The notes beneath the pieces were generated by a model. That model saw only the letters and a program-made list of their open reading frames with translations. It made no database searches and was not told where the DNA came from. From the NCBI GenBank assembly GCA_963845065.1, contig CAWJQQ010000001.1:1184001-1248000 (forward strand): 64,000 nt of DNA, written 5' to 3'. The stretch is from Nitrospirota bacterium. Its GTDB lineage: Bacteria > Nitrospirota > UBA9217. The number at the start of each line of letters is the position of its first letter. Within the stretch, counting starts at the first letter, position 1. Position numbers and translations under genes: made by a program. This document shows, one piece after another, positions 1 through 8,970 of this stretch.

Positions 1-168
1 AAGACGAAGCGGTTCGACCTTAAGCCCATGCAGCCAGAGGAAGCCGTCATGCAAATGGAACTCTTGGATAAGCAGTTTTTTATTTTTTCAAATGCAGGCA
101 ACGGTCAAATTAATGTTATTTATAAGCGGAAAGACGGGAATGTTGGCCTTATCGAGCCTGCTCGATGA
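1..168 (+). CDS. hpf: Ribosome hibernation promoting factor (long HPF), C-terminal part, truncated by window edge
   Basis: Frame 1 reads KTKRFDLKPMQPEEAVMQMELLDKQFFIFSNAGNGQINVIYKRKDGNVGLIEPAR*. KPM..EEAVMQM...NVIYKRKDG..GLIEP is the long-HPF C-terminal domain. Lies directly upstream of ptsN. Not in the ORF track. Confidence 0.92.
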   Translation, partial: KTKRFDLKPMQPEEAVMQMELLDKQFFIFSNAGNGQINVIYKRKDGNVGLIEPAR

Positions 169-183
169 CGACGGATCTCTGCT

Positions 184-675
184 ATGGTTACAATTAAGAA
201 CCTGCTGCAAGATGATTTGATTCTTGAAGAGATGACCGCGACTGACAAACCGGGTGTGATACGTGAGTTTGCCAGGCTCCTGACCTCACAGGGCCGCGTG
301 ATGAATGAGGATGAACTTGTTCGCGCACTTATTGATCGCGAATTACTTGGCAGCACGGGAATCGGCGGAGGCGTCGCCATTCCTCATGGCAAGTTAAAAA
401 CGATCACGGATACGATCGTCGCATTCGGTAGATCGCGTGGCGGAGTGGATTTCCAAGCTCTTGATGGTAAACCTGTTTACCTTTTTTTTCTGCTCTTAAC
501 GCCTCATCATATGTCGGGTGAGCATCTCAAAACGCTTGCTCGGATATCACGCATACTCAAAAGTAAAATTTTGTGTGAGAAGTTGCAGCACGCTTCGCTC
601 CGGCAGGAATTACAGCACCTTATTTGCGAAGAAGACAGTAAATATCCACAGCCGCAGTCTGCGCAGCAGAAATGA
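184..675 (+). CDS. ptsN: PTS EIIA-Ntr (nitrogen-regulatory IIA)
   Basis: RELLGSTGIGGGVAIPHGK phospho-His motif and DFQALDGKPV; hpf-ptsN-hprK-rapZ context. Confidence 0.92.
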   Translation: MVTIKNLLQDDLILEEMTATDKPGVIREFARLLTSQGRVMNEDELVRALIDRELLGSTGIGGGVAIPHGKLKTITDTIVAFGRSRGGVDFQALDGKPVYLFFLLLTPHHMSGEHLKTLARISRILKSKILCEKLQHASLRQELQHLICEEDSKYPQPQSAQQK

Positions 676-1556
676 CAATCAAAGTCAAAGATGTAATCGG
701 CGCTGCGAGTGTGCTTTCTGGGCATAAGGGCCTCGGAAGGCAAATAACTTCGCCGGAGGTGGTTTCGCCTGACCTGTCTACCCTCACTTCCTGGAAAGGT
801 GGGGAGTCAAACGTTCTTCATATCCGACCAAGCCAGCTAACGTACCTGTACTCGCTTCCTCCTGCTGAACGGCGAACGCTCGTTCGCTCGCTGATGAGAC
901 TGAAGCCTTCATGCATCGTCGTGAACGGCGGCCCCATATGTAAAGAATTACTCGAAAAAGCAGATTCTTCCGGAATCACGATTTTGAAAACAGGAAGTAT
1001 CTCGAAGCTGGCGAAGATACTTTTGGATAACATTGTACGGAAAATAAGCCTTCACGGTGTCTTGGTAGAGATCTTCGGTCTCGGCACGCTCATAATTGGC
1101 GAAAGCGCTGTTGGAAAAAGTGAAGCAGCGCTCGACCTAGTTCTCCGGGGGCACAAGCTGAGTGCCGATGATCTTGTTATCCTCGAAAAAACTAGCGAGG
1201 GAATAATTGGCAAGTCAGCCGATCTGGGTTCAGATTTGCTGCAAATTCGCGGGCTCGGGATCATCAATGTGCGTGCCCTATACGGCGAATCGGCGACAGC
1301 GGCCGTTTGCAAGGTAGGTCTCGTCGTCGAACTGGAAGAGTGGAAGGAGGGAAATCAGTATAGTCTGGTAGGGCTTCGTGAGCGTCGCTACCGAATACTG
1401 GGTGTAAATATTCCCTACCTGAAGCTTCCGGTGAAACCTGGCCGCAATATGGCCACCCTTATTGAAGTTGCAGCGAGAAATCAGATGTTGAAAAACCGTG
1501 GGATATTTACTGCTAGAGACATAAGCAAACGACTGCAGAAAAGGCTATCAGGATGA
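672..1556 (+). CDS. hprK: HPr kinase/phosphorylase
   Basis: LHGVLVEIFGLGTLIIGESAVGKSE (Walker A), GHKLSADD, LQIRGLGII, PVKPGRNMATLIEVAARN. Confidence 0.93.
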   Translation: MTIKVKDVIGAASVLSGHKGLGRQITSPEVVSPDLSTLTSWKGGESNVLHIRPSQLTYLYSLPPAERRTLVRSLMRLKPSCIVVNGGPICKELLEKADSSGITILKTGSISKLAKILLDNIVRKISLHGVLVEIFGLGTLIIGESAVGKSEAALDLVLRGHKLSADDLVILEKTSEGIIGKSADLGSDLLQIRGLGIINVRALYGESATAAVCKVGLVVELEEWKEGNQYSLVGLRERRYRILGVNIPYLKLPVKPGRNMATLIEVAARNQMLKNRGIFTARDISKRLQKRLSG

Positions 1557-2416
1557 AAAGTACTCGAGTCATTGTTGTAACGGGACTTTCGGGATCGGGT
1601 AGGAGCGCTGCTCTCAAGGCTTTTGAGGACATCGGTTTCTACTGTGTTGATAATCTCCCACTTGCGCTTCTTTCTGCGTTCGTCGGGTTTGCACAGCAAT
1701 CAGAGGAAACCACCCGCTCCGCAATCGGTATCGACATTAGGGAAAAGGGATTCCCCAAGAATTTTCCCATGCTGTTTGGACGGCTTAAAAGCCAGGGCTA
1801 CACCATTGAAATGCTGTTCCTCGATGCGTCCGACCAGACTATTGTGCGGCGTTTCAGCGAGACGCGCAGGCCCCATCCTCTGGCAAAAGGAACCACCTCG
1901 CTACTGGACGGCATTCGCAAAGAACGTGAAGCGCTTAGCGAGGTCAAAAAACTTGCTGACCGGATCATTGATACATCTGACTACACAGTCCACGATCTGC
2001 GACAAACAGTCGAACGTCAATATTCTGCAAGTGACAGCGATCGGCCGATGGTGGTTACAATCGTTACCTTCGGTTATAAATTCGGTGTGCCCTATGATCT
2101 CGATCTGCTCTTTGATCTGAGATTTTTGCCGAACCCGCATTTTGTGCCAGAGTTGAGACCGCTTACAGGGGAGGATGCCAGTGTCAGTGGCTACATCATG
2201 GAAAACCCTGATTCGAAGGAGTTTCTGAAGAAACTCCTTGAATTTCTTGAATACCTTTTACCTCGGTACCGTCGTGAGGGGAAAAGTTACCTTACTATTG
2301 GCTTCGGATGCACTGGTGGCAGACACCGTTCAGTTGCACTTTCCCTCATTATTGCAGCGCGGCTCAGAGAGAGCGGCTACGATGTAGTCGTCAAACATCG
2401 AGACATCGGCGTCTGA
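1553..2416 (+). CDS. rapZ: RNase adapter RapZ/YvcJ family P-loop protein
   Basis: VTGLSGSGRS, CVDNLP, RRFSETRRPHP, RFLPNPHF, GCTGGRHRSV. Confidence 0.95.
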   Translation: MKSTRVIVVTGLSGSGRSAALKAFEDIGFYCVDNLPLALLSAFVGFAQQSEETTRSAIGIDIREKGFPKNFPMLFGRLKSQGYTIEMLFLDASDQTIVRRFSETRRPHPLAKGTTSLLDGIRKEREALSEVKKLADRIIDTSDYTVHDLRQTVERQYSASDSDRPMVVTIVTFGYKFGVPYDLDLLFDLRFLPNPHFVPELRPLTGEDASVSGYIMENPDSKEFLKKLLEFLEYLLPRYRREGKSYLTIGFGCTGGRHRSVALSLIIAARLRESGYDVVVKHRDIGV

Positions 2417-2527
2417 GAGGTGTTTGTCGGGTCCTTAGTATTATCAAAATAAAACCTCTTAGGGGATTACGTTGACAGCTTTTTCGGCTTGTATAACTCT
2501 TCGGACTTATTGAAAGGAGACAGCGGC

Positions 2528-2929
2528 ATGATCGGACTGGTAGTTGTATGTCATGAAGATATGGGCGCTGAACTTGTGAAAGCCACTGAGATGATTGTTG
2601 GTAAAATCGCAGCCGTGGCGACCGTCAGTGTAAAGCAGGAAAGCGCACCCGAACTGCTCCGAGACGAGATCCAGGCCGCCATAAAAAAGGTAGATCGAAA
2701 CAATGGAGTTATGTTGTTAACGGATATGTTTGGTGGAACGCCGTCTAATATCGCCCTAGCCTTCTTAGGAGAGACCATTGAGGTGGTGACCGGCGTTAAT
2801 CTTTCGATGCTCATTAAATTTGCGAATCATCGGGATGAGAAATCATTGCACGACCTTGCAAAACTCATACAGGAAGCCGCCCAGAAAAGTATCGTTATTG
2901 CAAGCCAGATGTTGAAAGGGAAGAAGTGA
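2528..2929 (+). CDS. PTS mannose/fructose-family EIIA
   Basis: MIGLVVVCH (phospho-His), LTDMFGGTPSN, VTGVNLSML; start placed at ATG 2528 after GAAAGGAG. Confidence 0.9.
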   Translation: MIGLVVVCHEDMGAELVKATEMIVGKIAAVATVSVKQESAPELLRDEIQAAIKKVDRNNGVMLLTDMFGGTPSNIALAFLGETIEVVTGVNLSMLIKFANHRDEKSLHDLAKLIQEAAQKSIVIASQMLKGKK

Positions 2930-3074
2930 AAGCGCAAGGAATAAACGGCAGAGTCGGGGATGAAAGTCTCTTTCATGAAAGTGTGAGCTGATCCATCATG
3001 GCTGCGAGTCACGCGCGTACAGTATTCGTTACGATCAATCATATGTTGCCGTATTTTTAAAGAAGGATATCGCA

Positions 3075-3575
3075 ATGATTGTATTGAGCAGAATAGACGA
3101 CAGATTGATTCACGGACAGGTGGTTGAAGGGTGGGTAAATTTTCTTCAGGCTACCTGCATTCTAGTTGCAGACGATGCTGTTGCATCAAACACGTTGCAG
3201 CGTTCTATCATGGAGCTGTCAGTTCCGCAGGGGCTTAAAGTTTTTATCGGCCGTGTTGAGGAAATTTGCGAACAACTGCTCGCAAAGTCACTCGATGCTG
3301 AGAGGGCCATTCTCTTGTTTTCGAATCCAAGTGACGTGTTACGAGCGATAAAAGACGGGCTAGAATGCCGAGCCATTAACATAGGGGGGATGCATTATGT
3401 GCCTGGTAAACGAAAACTTATCGATGTACTTGCCGTGAATGAAGAGGACCTCGAAGCTCTTAGGGAAATTGCAGCGCGGGGGATAAAGATTGACGTTCAA
3501 GCCGTCCCTACGCAGCGTGCGCGTCCGCTCGAAAAAATATTTTCCGTCTGTTCAGTTGATGAGAAGAAAAAATAA
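3075..3575 (+). CDS. PTS mannose/sorbose-family EIIB
   Basis: RIDDRLIHGQVV and INIGGMH motifs. Confidence 0.92.
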   Translation: MIVLSRIDDRLIHGQVVEGWVNFLQATCILVADDAVASNTLQRSIMELSVPQGLKVFIGRVEEICEQLLAKSLDAERAILLFSNPSDVLRAIKDGLECRAINIGGMHYVPGKRKLIDVLAVNEEDLEALREIAARGIKIDVQAVPTQRARPLEKIFSVCSVDEKKK

Positions 3576-3635
3576 CCAAAAATAATTTGGACGCCAGGTG
3601 TATCAACTGAGGCACAATGATTTGTAAAGGACTGT

Positions 3636-4415
3636 ATGCCTGTTATTAATTTACATATGATTGCTGCTATTGTCGGTATCTCAATTGTCGGCGGGCTCCT
3701 CGGCCTTGACAGGACAGCCGTAGGACAATTCATGATGTCCCAGCCGCTAGTTGCAGGGCCGATCACTGGTTGGCTGCTGGGAGATGCTAGGGCCGGACTC
3801 ATAATCGGTGTCGTGCTCGAGCTGATATGGCTCCTCGATATGCCAATTGGGAATTTCGTGCCTGCTGATGCAACGGCTATGAGCGTGTCTGCTTGTGCTA
3901 TTGCTGTACTCGGGAAGCCTGGCGGAGCGACACTGCCGGTGATCGGTTTCAGTCTGCTTTTGACAACTGCAATGGTGCCCTTGACAATGCAGGCTGACGC
4001 CTTTGTCCGCAGACGCAACTCTAAACTGGTGGAGAATGTACTATCAGCAAACGTTGACAATATGGCTCAAGCGATAACGCGGGCGCATATTTCCGGTATC
4101 CTCGCCTTTTTTCTGAAGTCATTCGTGTTATGTCTCTTCATCATTCCGGCAGGAATCGCGTCAGTTGTACTGTTTGGACACCTGCCTGGAATGGTACATC
4201 GCGCACTCTCTCTCTTTGTTAAACTGCTCCCGTTGCTAGGGGCCGCTCTGATCGCACGCAAACTATCGATTAAGGTGTTCGATCCTTTTTTACTCATCGG
4301 TTTTGTGATTGCCACGGTTTTCGTGTTATTATTCCATGTGCCCGTACTTATCGTCTTGCTGCTTACGGTAATTGCGGGCTGGTTCGGTGCCAGGTACAGT
4401 GAACAACGATCGTAA
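3636..4415 (+). CDS. PTS mannose-family EIIC membrane subunit
   Basis: LDRTAVGQFMMSQPLVAGPITG...GLIIGVVLELIWL...PIGNFVP; hydrophobic; start may be ATG 3657. Confidence 0.88.
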   Translation: MPVINLHMIAAIVGISIVGGLLGLDRTAVGQFMMSQPLVAGPITGWLLGDARAGLIIGVVLELIWLLDMPIGNFVPADATAMSVSACAIAVLGKPGGATLPVIGFSLLLTTAMVPLTMQADAFVRRRNSKLVENVLSANVDNMAQAITRAHISGILAFFLKSFVLCLFIIPAGIASVVLFGHLPGMVHRALSLFVKLLPLLGAALIARKLSIKVFDPFLLIGFVIATVFVLLFHVPVLIVLLLTVIAGWFGARYSEQRS

Positions 4416-5181
4416 GAGCTTGGGGATATTTGATTTCTTTGGGGTATTCTGGAGATCGCTTCTGCTTCAGGCATCATGGAGCTTTGATCTCATGCAGACA
4501 CTGGGATTCGCATTTGCCATCGAGCCCGTGCTCAGAAAGTTCTATCCGGTCCGCACCGAGTATCATGCGAGGTTGAAAGAGCACATGGAGTATTTCAACA
4601 CGCAGCCTTACTTTGCCACATTCATCCTTGGAGCGGTAATGCGGCAAGAGGAGGACCGCGCAAATGGCAATGACCCGGTACGGGACATATCAGGTTTAAA
4701 AACTGCGCTCATGGCCCCACTGGGGGCATTAGGTGACAGTTTCTTTTGGGGAGCTCTAAATCCATTTGCCGCTATTATTGCAGTAGCAGCATTGATGATG
4801 GGATTATGGTGGGCACCGATACTTTATCTCGCCCTCTTTAACATATGGCATGTAAGCCTTCGAATTGGTCTTTTAATTTGGGGATACAGAAGCGGCGGCG
4901 ATGCAGTGTCACTTTTAGACATCTATAGCTTTACTAAGATGGCTAGACTCTTCAAAATCATATCACTCACGGTCCTCGGGGGCATTCTTGGCATGATGCC
5001 ACTTTGGAGACCGGCGTTCAGGCTCGAATACCCCACTTCAGGAGTATTCATCGTTTTTTCGTGCATGGCTTTAACGTTTGGCCTCGTAGCTATACTGAGG
5101 AGAGTCGGTTCTCCGATTAAACTCATGTTCGGGCTTGCAATCATTTGTTTGGCACTTGCATATGCGGGAGTTATTAGATGA
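4399..5181 (+). CDS. PTS mannose-family EIID membrane subunit
   Basis: RSLLLQASWSFDLMQTLGF, YFNTQP, KTALMAPLGALGDSFFW; start uncertain (GTG 4399 or TTG 4372). Confidence 0.9.
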   Translation: MNNDRKSLGIFDFFGVFWRSLLLQASWSFDLMQTLGFAFAIEPVLRKFYPVRTEYHARLKEHMEYFNTQPYFATFILGAVMRQEEDRANGNDPVRDISGLKTALMAPLGALGDSFFWGALNPFAAIIAVAALMMGLWWAPILYLALFNIWHVSLRIGLLIWGYRSGGDAVSLLDIYSFTKMARLFKIISLTVLGGILGMMPLWRPAFRLEYPTSGVFIVFSCMALTFGLVAILRRVGSPIKLMFGLAIICLALAYAGVIR

Positions 5182-5447
5182 TTAGAAAAGAGCTTATGAT
5201 AGAAAACAAACTTGGTCTCCATGCACGAGCAGCGGCTCAAATCGTCAAGACTTCGAACATGTACGAGTCGAAAGTAACTATCAGCAAGGATGGGCTGGAA
5301 GTCGACGGCAAGAGCATTATGGGCATCATGATGCTTGCTGCGGCAAAAGGAAGCAACATTTTATTAAGTGTGCAGGGGAATGACGAAAACGAGGCGGTAG
5401 GTGGCCTCGAGAAGCTCTTCAAAAACAAGTTTGGAGAGAAAGAATAA
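5178..5447 (+). CDS. ptsH: Phosphocarrier protein HPr
   Basis: NKLGLHARAA (His15) and DGKSIMGIMML (Ser46). Confidence 0.95.
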   Translation: MIRKELMIENKLGLHARAAAQIVKTSNMYESKVTISKDGLEVDGKSIMGIMMLAAAKGSNILLSVQGNDENEAVGGLEKLFKNKFGEKE

Positions 5448-5524
5448 AGGTTTGGTTTAGCGTCCAAAGTTTAGAACTCAAAGGCGAGGCTGCCGCCCCT
5501 ATGGCTGCCTCAGGTAGGAATCGC

Positions 5525-7279
5525 ATGCACGAGAAAATATATAGAGGGATTGTCGCTTCGCCTGGCATCGTAATCGGCAGGGCCTATCTGCTCGACAGGC
5601 AGAAAATAGTTGTTGCTGGACGACGGATCGAAGACGTAAGTGTCAAAGACGAGGTGACACGCTTTAAAAAAGCCCTGGAGCTATCTCGTGGCCAACTGGA
5701 AGACCTCAAGAAGCGTATCAGTAAAGGGTTGGGGAAATCGCACCTCTACATCCTTGAAACCCATATCATGCTGCTGGAAGATAAGCTTTTGGTGGAAGGG
5801 ACAGTCAAGCGTATAAGGGAATCGTTCCTTAATGCTGAAGGCGCCCTAAAAGAAACGATTGTGGCCATCGGTCTCAAGTTCGATGCCATAGAGGATGAAT
5901 ATCTTCGCGAACGGAAACAGGACGTTGAACAGGTTGGCGAACGGGTCCTGAGGAACCTCGTCGGCCACAAACAGGAGAGTCTCGCCGACATAAAGGAGGA
6001 GGCTGTCATCGTAGCCCACGATCTAGCTCCTACCGATACAATCATGATGCGGAAGGATAAGATCCTTGGTTTTATAACAGATGCAGGCAGCAGAACTTCT
6101 CACACCGTCATTCTCGCCAGGTCTCTCGGTATACCAGCGGCAGTGGGACTGGAAAATATTACTGCTGCAGTCAAGACAGGCGACGTGGTCATTCTGGATG
6201 GTATTCATGGAGTAGTAATTGTTGACCCGGACGAGGAAACCTTCCTTGATTACCTAAAGAAACAACGCAGGTATAAGTATTTCGAGCAGGAACTGGAAAA
6301 GCTTAAAACGCTTCCCGCCGAAACCCTTGACGGACAGGTCATTGAATTGCAGGGAAACATAGAGTTGCCCGAAGAAGCGAATTCCACGGTTGAACACGGT
6401 GGTGCGGGAATTGGCCTCTACCGCACGGAGTTCCTTTTTCTGAACCGGCAGGTGCTGCCCACTGAAGATGAACACTATATTGCCTACCGCCAAGTAGCTG
6501 AACGGGCTGCCCCGCACGAAGTAGTAATCCGGACACTCGACGTAGGAGGGGACAAGGTCGGCTTCCCTGGTGAATTTGACCAGGAGGTAAACCCGGCGCT
6601 CGGATTGCGGGCGATACGTTTCTGCCTTCAGAAGCGCGATATGTTCAAGACCCAGCTTCGCGGTATACTGCGGGCCGCGGTACACGGTAATGTAAAGATA
6701 TTGATCCCGATGATCTCGAGCCTCACCGAAATCCGTGAAACAAAAAAACTGCTTGAAGAGGTCAAGGCCGAACTACGTTCCGAAGATAAGATTTTTCAAG
6801 AAGATCTAAAAATTGGTGTGATGATTGAGATTCCTTCTGCTGCGCTAATCGCGGATCTTCTTGCCAAAGAAGTGGATTTTTTTAGTGTGGGTACCAATGA
6901 CCTGATCCAGTACACTCTGGCGATCGACAGGCAAAATGAGCATGTAGCGTACATGTATGAACCTCTCGAACCGGCCGTACTCCGCCTGCTCCGGCGCGTG
7001 TCAGATGCTGCGCACCAAGCCAATATCCCGCTCGCGATGTGCGGTGAGATGGCAGGCGACCCGCTGTATGCAGCGATCCTGCTCGGTATGGGCTTCAAGC
7101 AATTGAGCATGAACGTGGCATCCATCCCTTGGGTGAAGCGAATCGTCCGATCCATCAGAATGCAGGATGCCGTAGAACTCGCAACGCTAGTTATGCAGCA
7201 AACGACAGCTTTGCAAGCAAGGAAATCAGTAGATAATTTTATCGAGGAGCGGTTTCCAGATCTGGCAGCCGAGTTATAA
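5525..7279 (+). CDS. ptsI: PEP-protein phosphotransferase, Enzyme I
   Basis: GSRTSHTVILARS (phospho-His), GLYRTEFLF, RTLDVGGDK, SVGTNDLIQY, MCGEMAG; no GAF domain; alternative start 5501. Confidence 0.95.
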   Translation: MHEKIYRGIVASPGIVIGRAYLLDRQKIVVAGRRIEDVSVKDEVTRFKKALELSRGQLEDLKKRISKGLGKSHLYILETHIMLLEDKLLVEGTVKRIRESFLNAEGALKETIVAIGLKFDAIEDEYLRERKQDVEQVGERVLRNLVGHKQESLADIKEEAVIVAHDLAPTDTIMMRKDKILGFITDAGSRTSHTVILARSLGIPAAVGLENITAAVKTGDVVILDGIHGVVIVDPDEETFLDYLKKQRRYKYFEQELEKLKTLPAETLDGQVIELQGNIELPEEANSTVEHGGAGIGLYRTEFLFLNRQVLPTEDEHYIAYRQVAERAAPHEVVIRTLDVGGDKVGFPGEFDQEVNPALGLRAIRFCLQKRDMFKTQLRGILRAAVHGNVKILIPMISSLTEIRETKKLLEEVKAELRSEDKIFQEDLKIGVMIEIPSAALIADLLAKEVDFFSVGTNDLIQYTLAIDRQNEHVAYMYEPLEPAVLRLLRRVSDAAHQANIPLAMCGEMAGDPLYAAILLGMGFKQLSMNVASIPWVKRIVRSIRMQDAVELATLVMQQTTALQARKSVDNFIEERFPDLAAEL

Positions 7280-7324
7280 GAAAATTGACCATTCGTCAGG
7301 CGCACATAGCTTAGAATAATAGGT

Positions 7325-8464
7325 TTGAAGGAGCAAGATTTGCAGAATACAGAAGTATATACCAATGATGTTGTCGACGCAGACGAAAATGGCCGTAGAG
7401 TATCGAAAGCTCATGGAGGCAATATTTATGAGGCTGCTAGGCGCTACGGTATCGATCTGGACAAGATTATAGATTTCAGCTCGAACGTGAATCCATTGGG
7501 GCCTTCGTCCCGTGCGATAGGAGCAGCAAAAAAAGCGCTTTCTCAGATTGATCGCTACCCTGATCCCGAGATGGCAGAACTCAGACGGTCAATTGCCAGA
7601 TATTTTGGCATAAAATCAGAACATGTTATGTGCGGCAATGGTTCTAATGCGCTTATTCACCTTATTCCGCGTGTTTTACGGCCAAAGAAGGTATTGATCC
7701 CGATCCCGACCTTCTCGGAATATGCTGTGGCAGCAGAATATGCCGGTGCAAAGGTAGTGTCGTTTTCTCTGAAGGAGAACGATGGTTTTCGCGTCGATCC
7801 TGTAGAAATGGCTTTTGCTCTCAATGGTGTGGATATGGCGTTCCTCTGCAATCCTAACAACCCCACCAGCCAGGTGATTTCAAAAGGCGAGATGCTCGAG
7901 ATCATGAAGTATGCTCAACAGCGTGGAGTGAAATTGGTTCTCGATGAAGGGTTTATGGACTATATAGAGTCTGAATCAATCATCAAGGAGACAGTGCACA
8001 CATCTGGCATTATCTGTCTTCGGACCTTTACGAAGTTTTTCGGAATGCCGGGTTTCCGCGTCGGATATGCAGTATCCGACGAAACGACGATTGCAGCACT
8101 GCGGAGGGGGCAAGAATCATGGACCGTGTCTATTCCGGCGGAACGAGCCGCAATGGCAGCATTGGACGATTGGTCGTACATAAAAAAGACACGCTCAATT
8201 ATTGCGCGGGAGCGTGACCGTCTGCTTTCCGCTCTCCGTCTTCTGCCTGGAGTGGAGACCTTCCCCAGCTCTGCAAATTTCATTCTTTTTAAACTGACAT
8301 CGAAGGATACTTATACTCTCAGGGAAAAACTCGGCTCTCAAGGTATGCTCGTTCGTGACTGCTCGACGTTCCCAGGCCTTGACGACCGTTATATACGGAT
8401 CGCGATAAAGTCGCGACGCGAGAATAAGCGCCTAATTAAGTCACTTAGAACAATGCTGCTTTGA
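7325..8464 (+). CDS. cobD: L-threonine-O-3-phosphate decarboxylase CobD-like, class I/II PLP enzyme (HisC-related)
   Basis: HGGNIY, DFSSNVNPLG, YPDP, CNPNNPT, RTFTKFFGMPGFRVGY, LVRDCSTFPGL. Confidence 0.78.
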   Translation: MKEQDLQNTEVYTNDVVDADENGRRVSKAHGGNIYEAARRYGIDLDKIIDFSSNVNPLGPSSRAIGAAKKALSQIDRYPDPEMAELRRSIARYFGIKSEHVMCGNGSNALIHLIPRVLRPKKVLIPIPTFSEYAVAAEYAGAKVVSFSLKENDGFRVDPVEMAFALNGVDMAFLCNPNNPTSQVISKGEMLEIMKYAQQRGVKLVLDEGFMDYIESESIIKETVHTSGIICLRTFTKFFGMPGFRVGYAVSDETTIAALRRGQESWTVSIPAERAAMAALDDWSYIKKTRSIIARERDRLLSALRLLPGVETFPSSANFILFKLTSKDTYTLREKLGSQGMLVRDCSTFPGLDDRYIRIAIKSRRENKRLIKSLRTMLL

Positions 8465-8540
8465 TGCCCTCCCACCGCTAAGGCATGTGAGGTTTTCCGC
8501 GTCATTTTCCAAAGCGCGTCTTGACCAGCCAAAAAATATT

Positions 8541-8569
8541 TTGCAAAATAATCCTCTCTGTGCTACAGT
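8541..8569 (+). promoter_or_regulatory. Sigma70-type promoter with an overlapping palindrome
   Basis: TTGCAA (8541-8546), 17 nt, TACAGT (8564-8569) preceded by TG; TATTTTGCAAAATA palindrome at 8537-8550. Confidence 0.5.
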
Positions 8570-8744
8570 AAACAGAAACCATATGAAATTACGGCAGATT
8601 TTTATCAATTTAGTTTGAGAACCAGGCGATATTACAGAATGATGCTTCGGTAAAATATGATCACATGTGTACAAAAGAGCAGAAGTGATTTATTTTTTCC
8701 TGAAGGTTGTGCTGTCATGAGGGATGAAAGGCGGTGGATTGGTT

Positions 8745-8942
8745 ATGGAACCGATCATGTGCCCTTTTTGCGGGGGAACCAACCTGTTTCAGGAAGATGA
8801 TTACAGCATCGAACTTGATTTTGAATACTGGACCATACACCACTGGGAGTGCCTGGATTGCGCACAGTCATTCGACAAGATTGAAATACTTCCCGCATCC
8901 AACTCCTTTGAGGCAATAAACAATGAGAGCACCATCCATTGA
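8745..8942 (+). CDS. Small acidic Zn-ribbon protein (CPFCG...CLDC)
   Basis: 65 aa with two CxxC pairs; purine-rich RBS-like sequence before ATG 8745; fills the gap upstream of alr; alternative start 8724. Confidence 0.65.
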   Translation: MEPIMCPFCGGTNLFQEDDYSIELDFEYWTIHHWECLDCAQSFDKIEILPASNSFEAINNESTIH

Positions 8943-8970
8943 CGCGCCTTCGGAAGGTGTTTCTGCGGGC

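Noticed and set aside
2472..2497. TTGACA...TATAAC promoter-like pair before EIIA
   Set aside because: Spacer is only 14 nt, too short for sigma70
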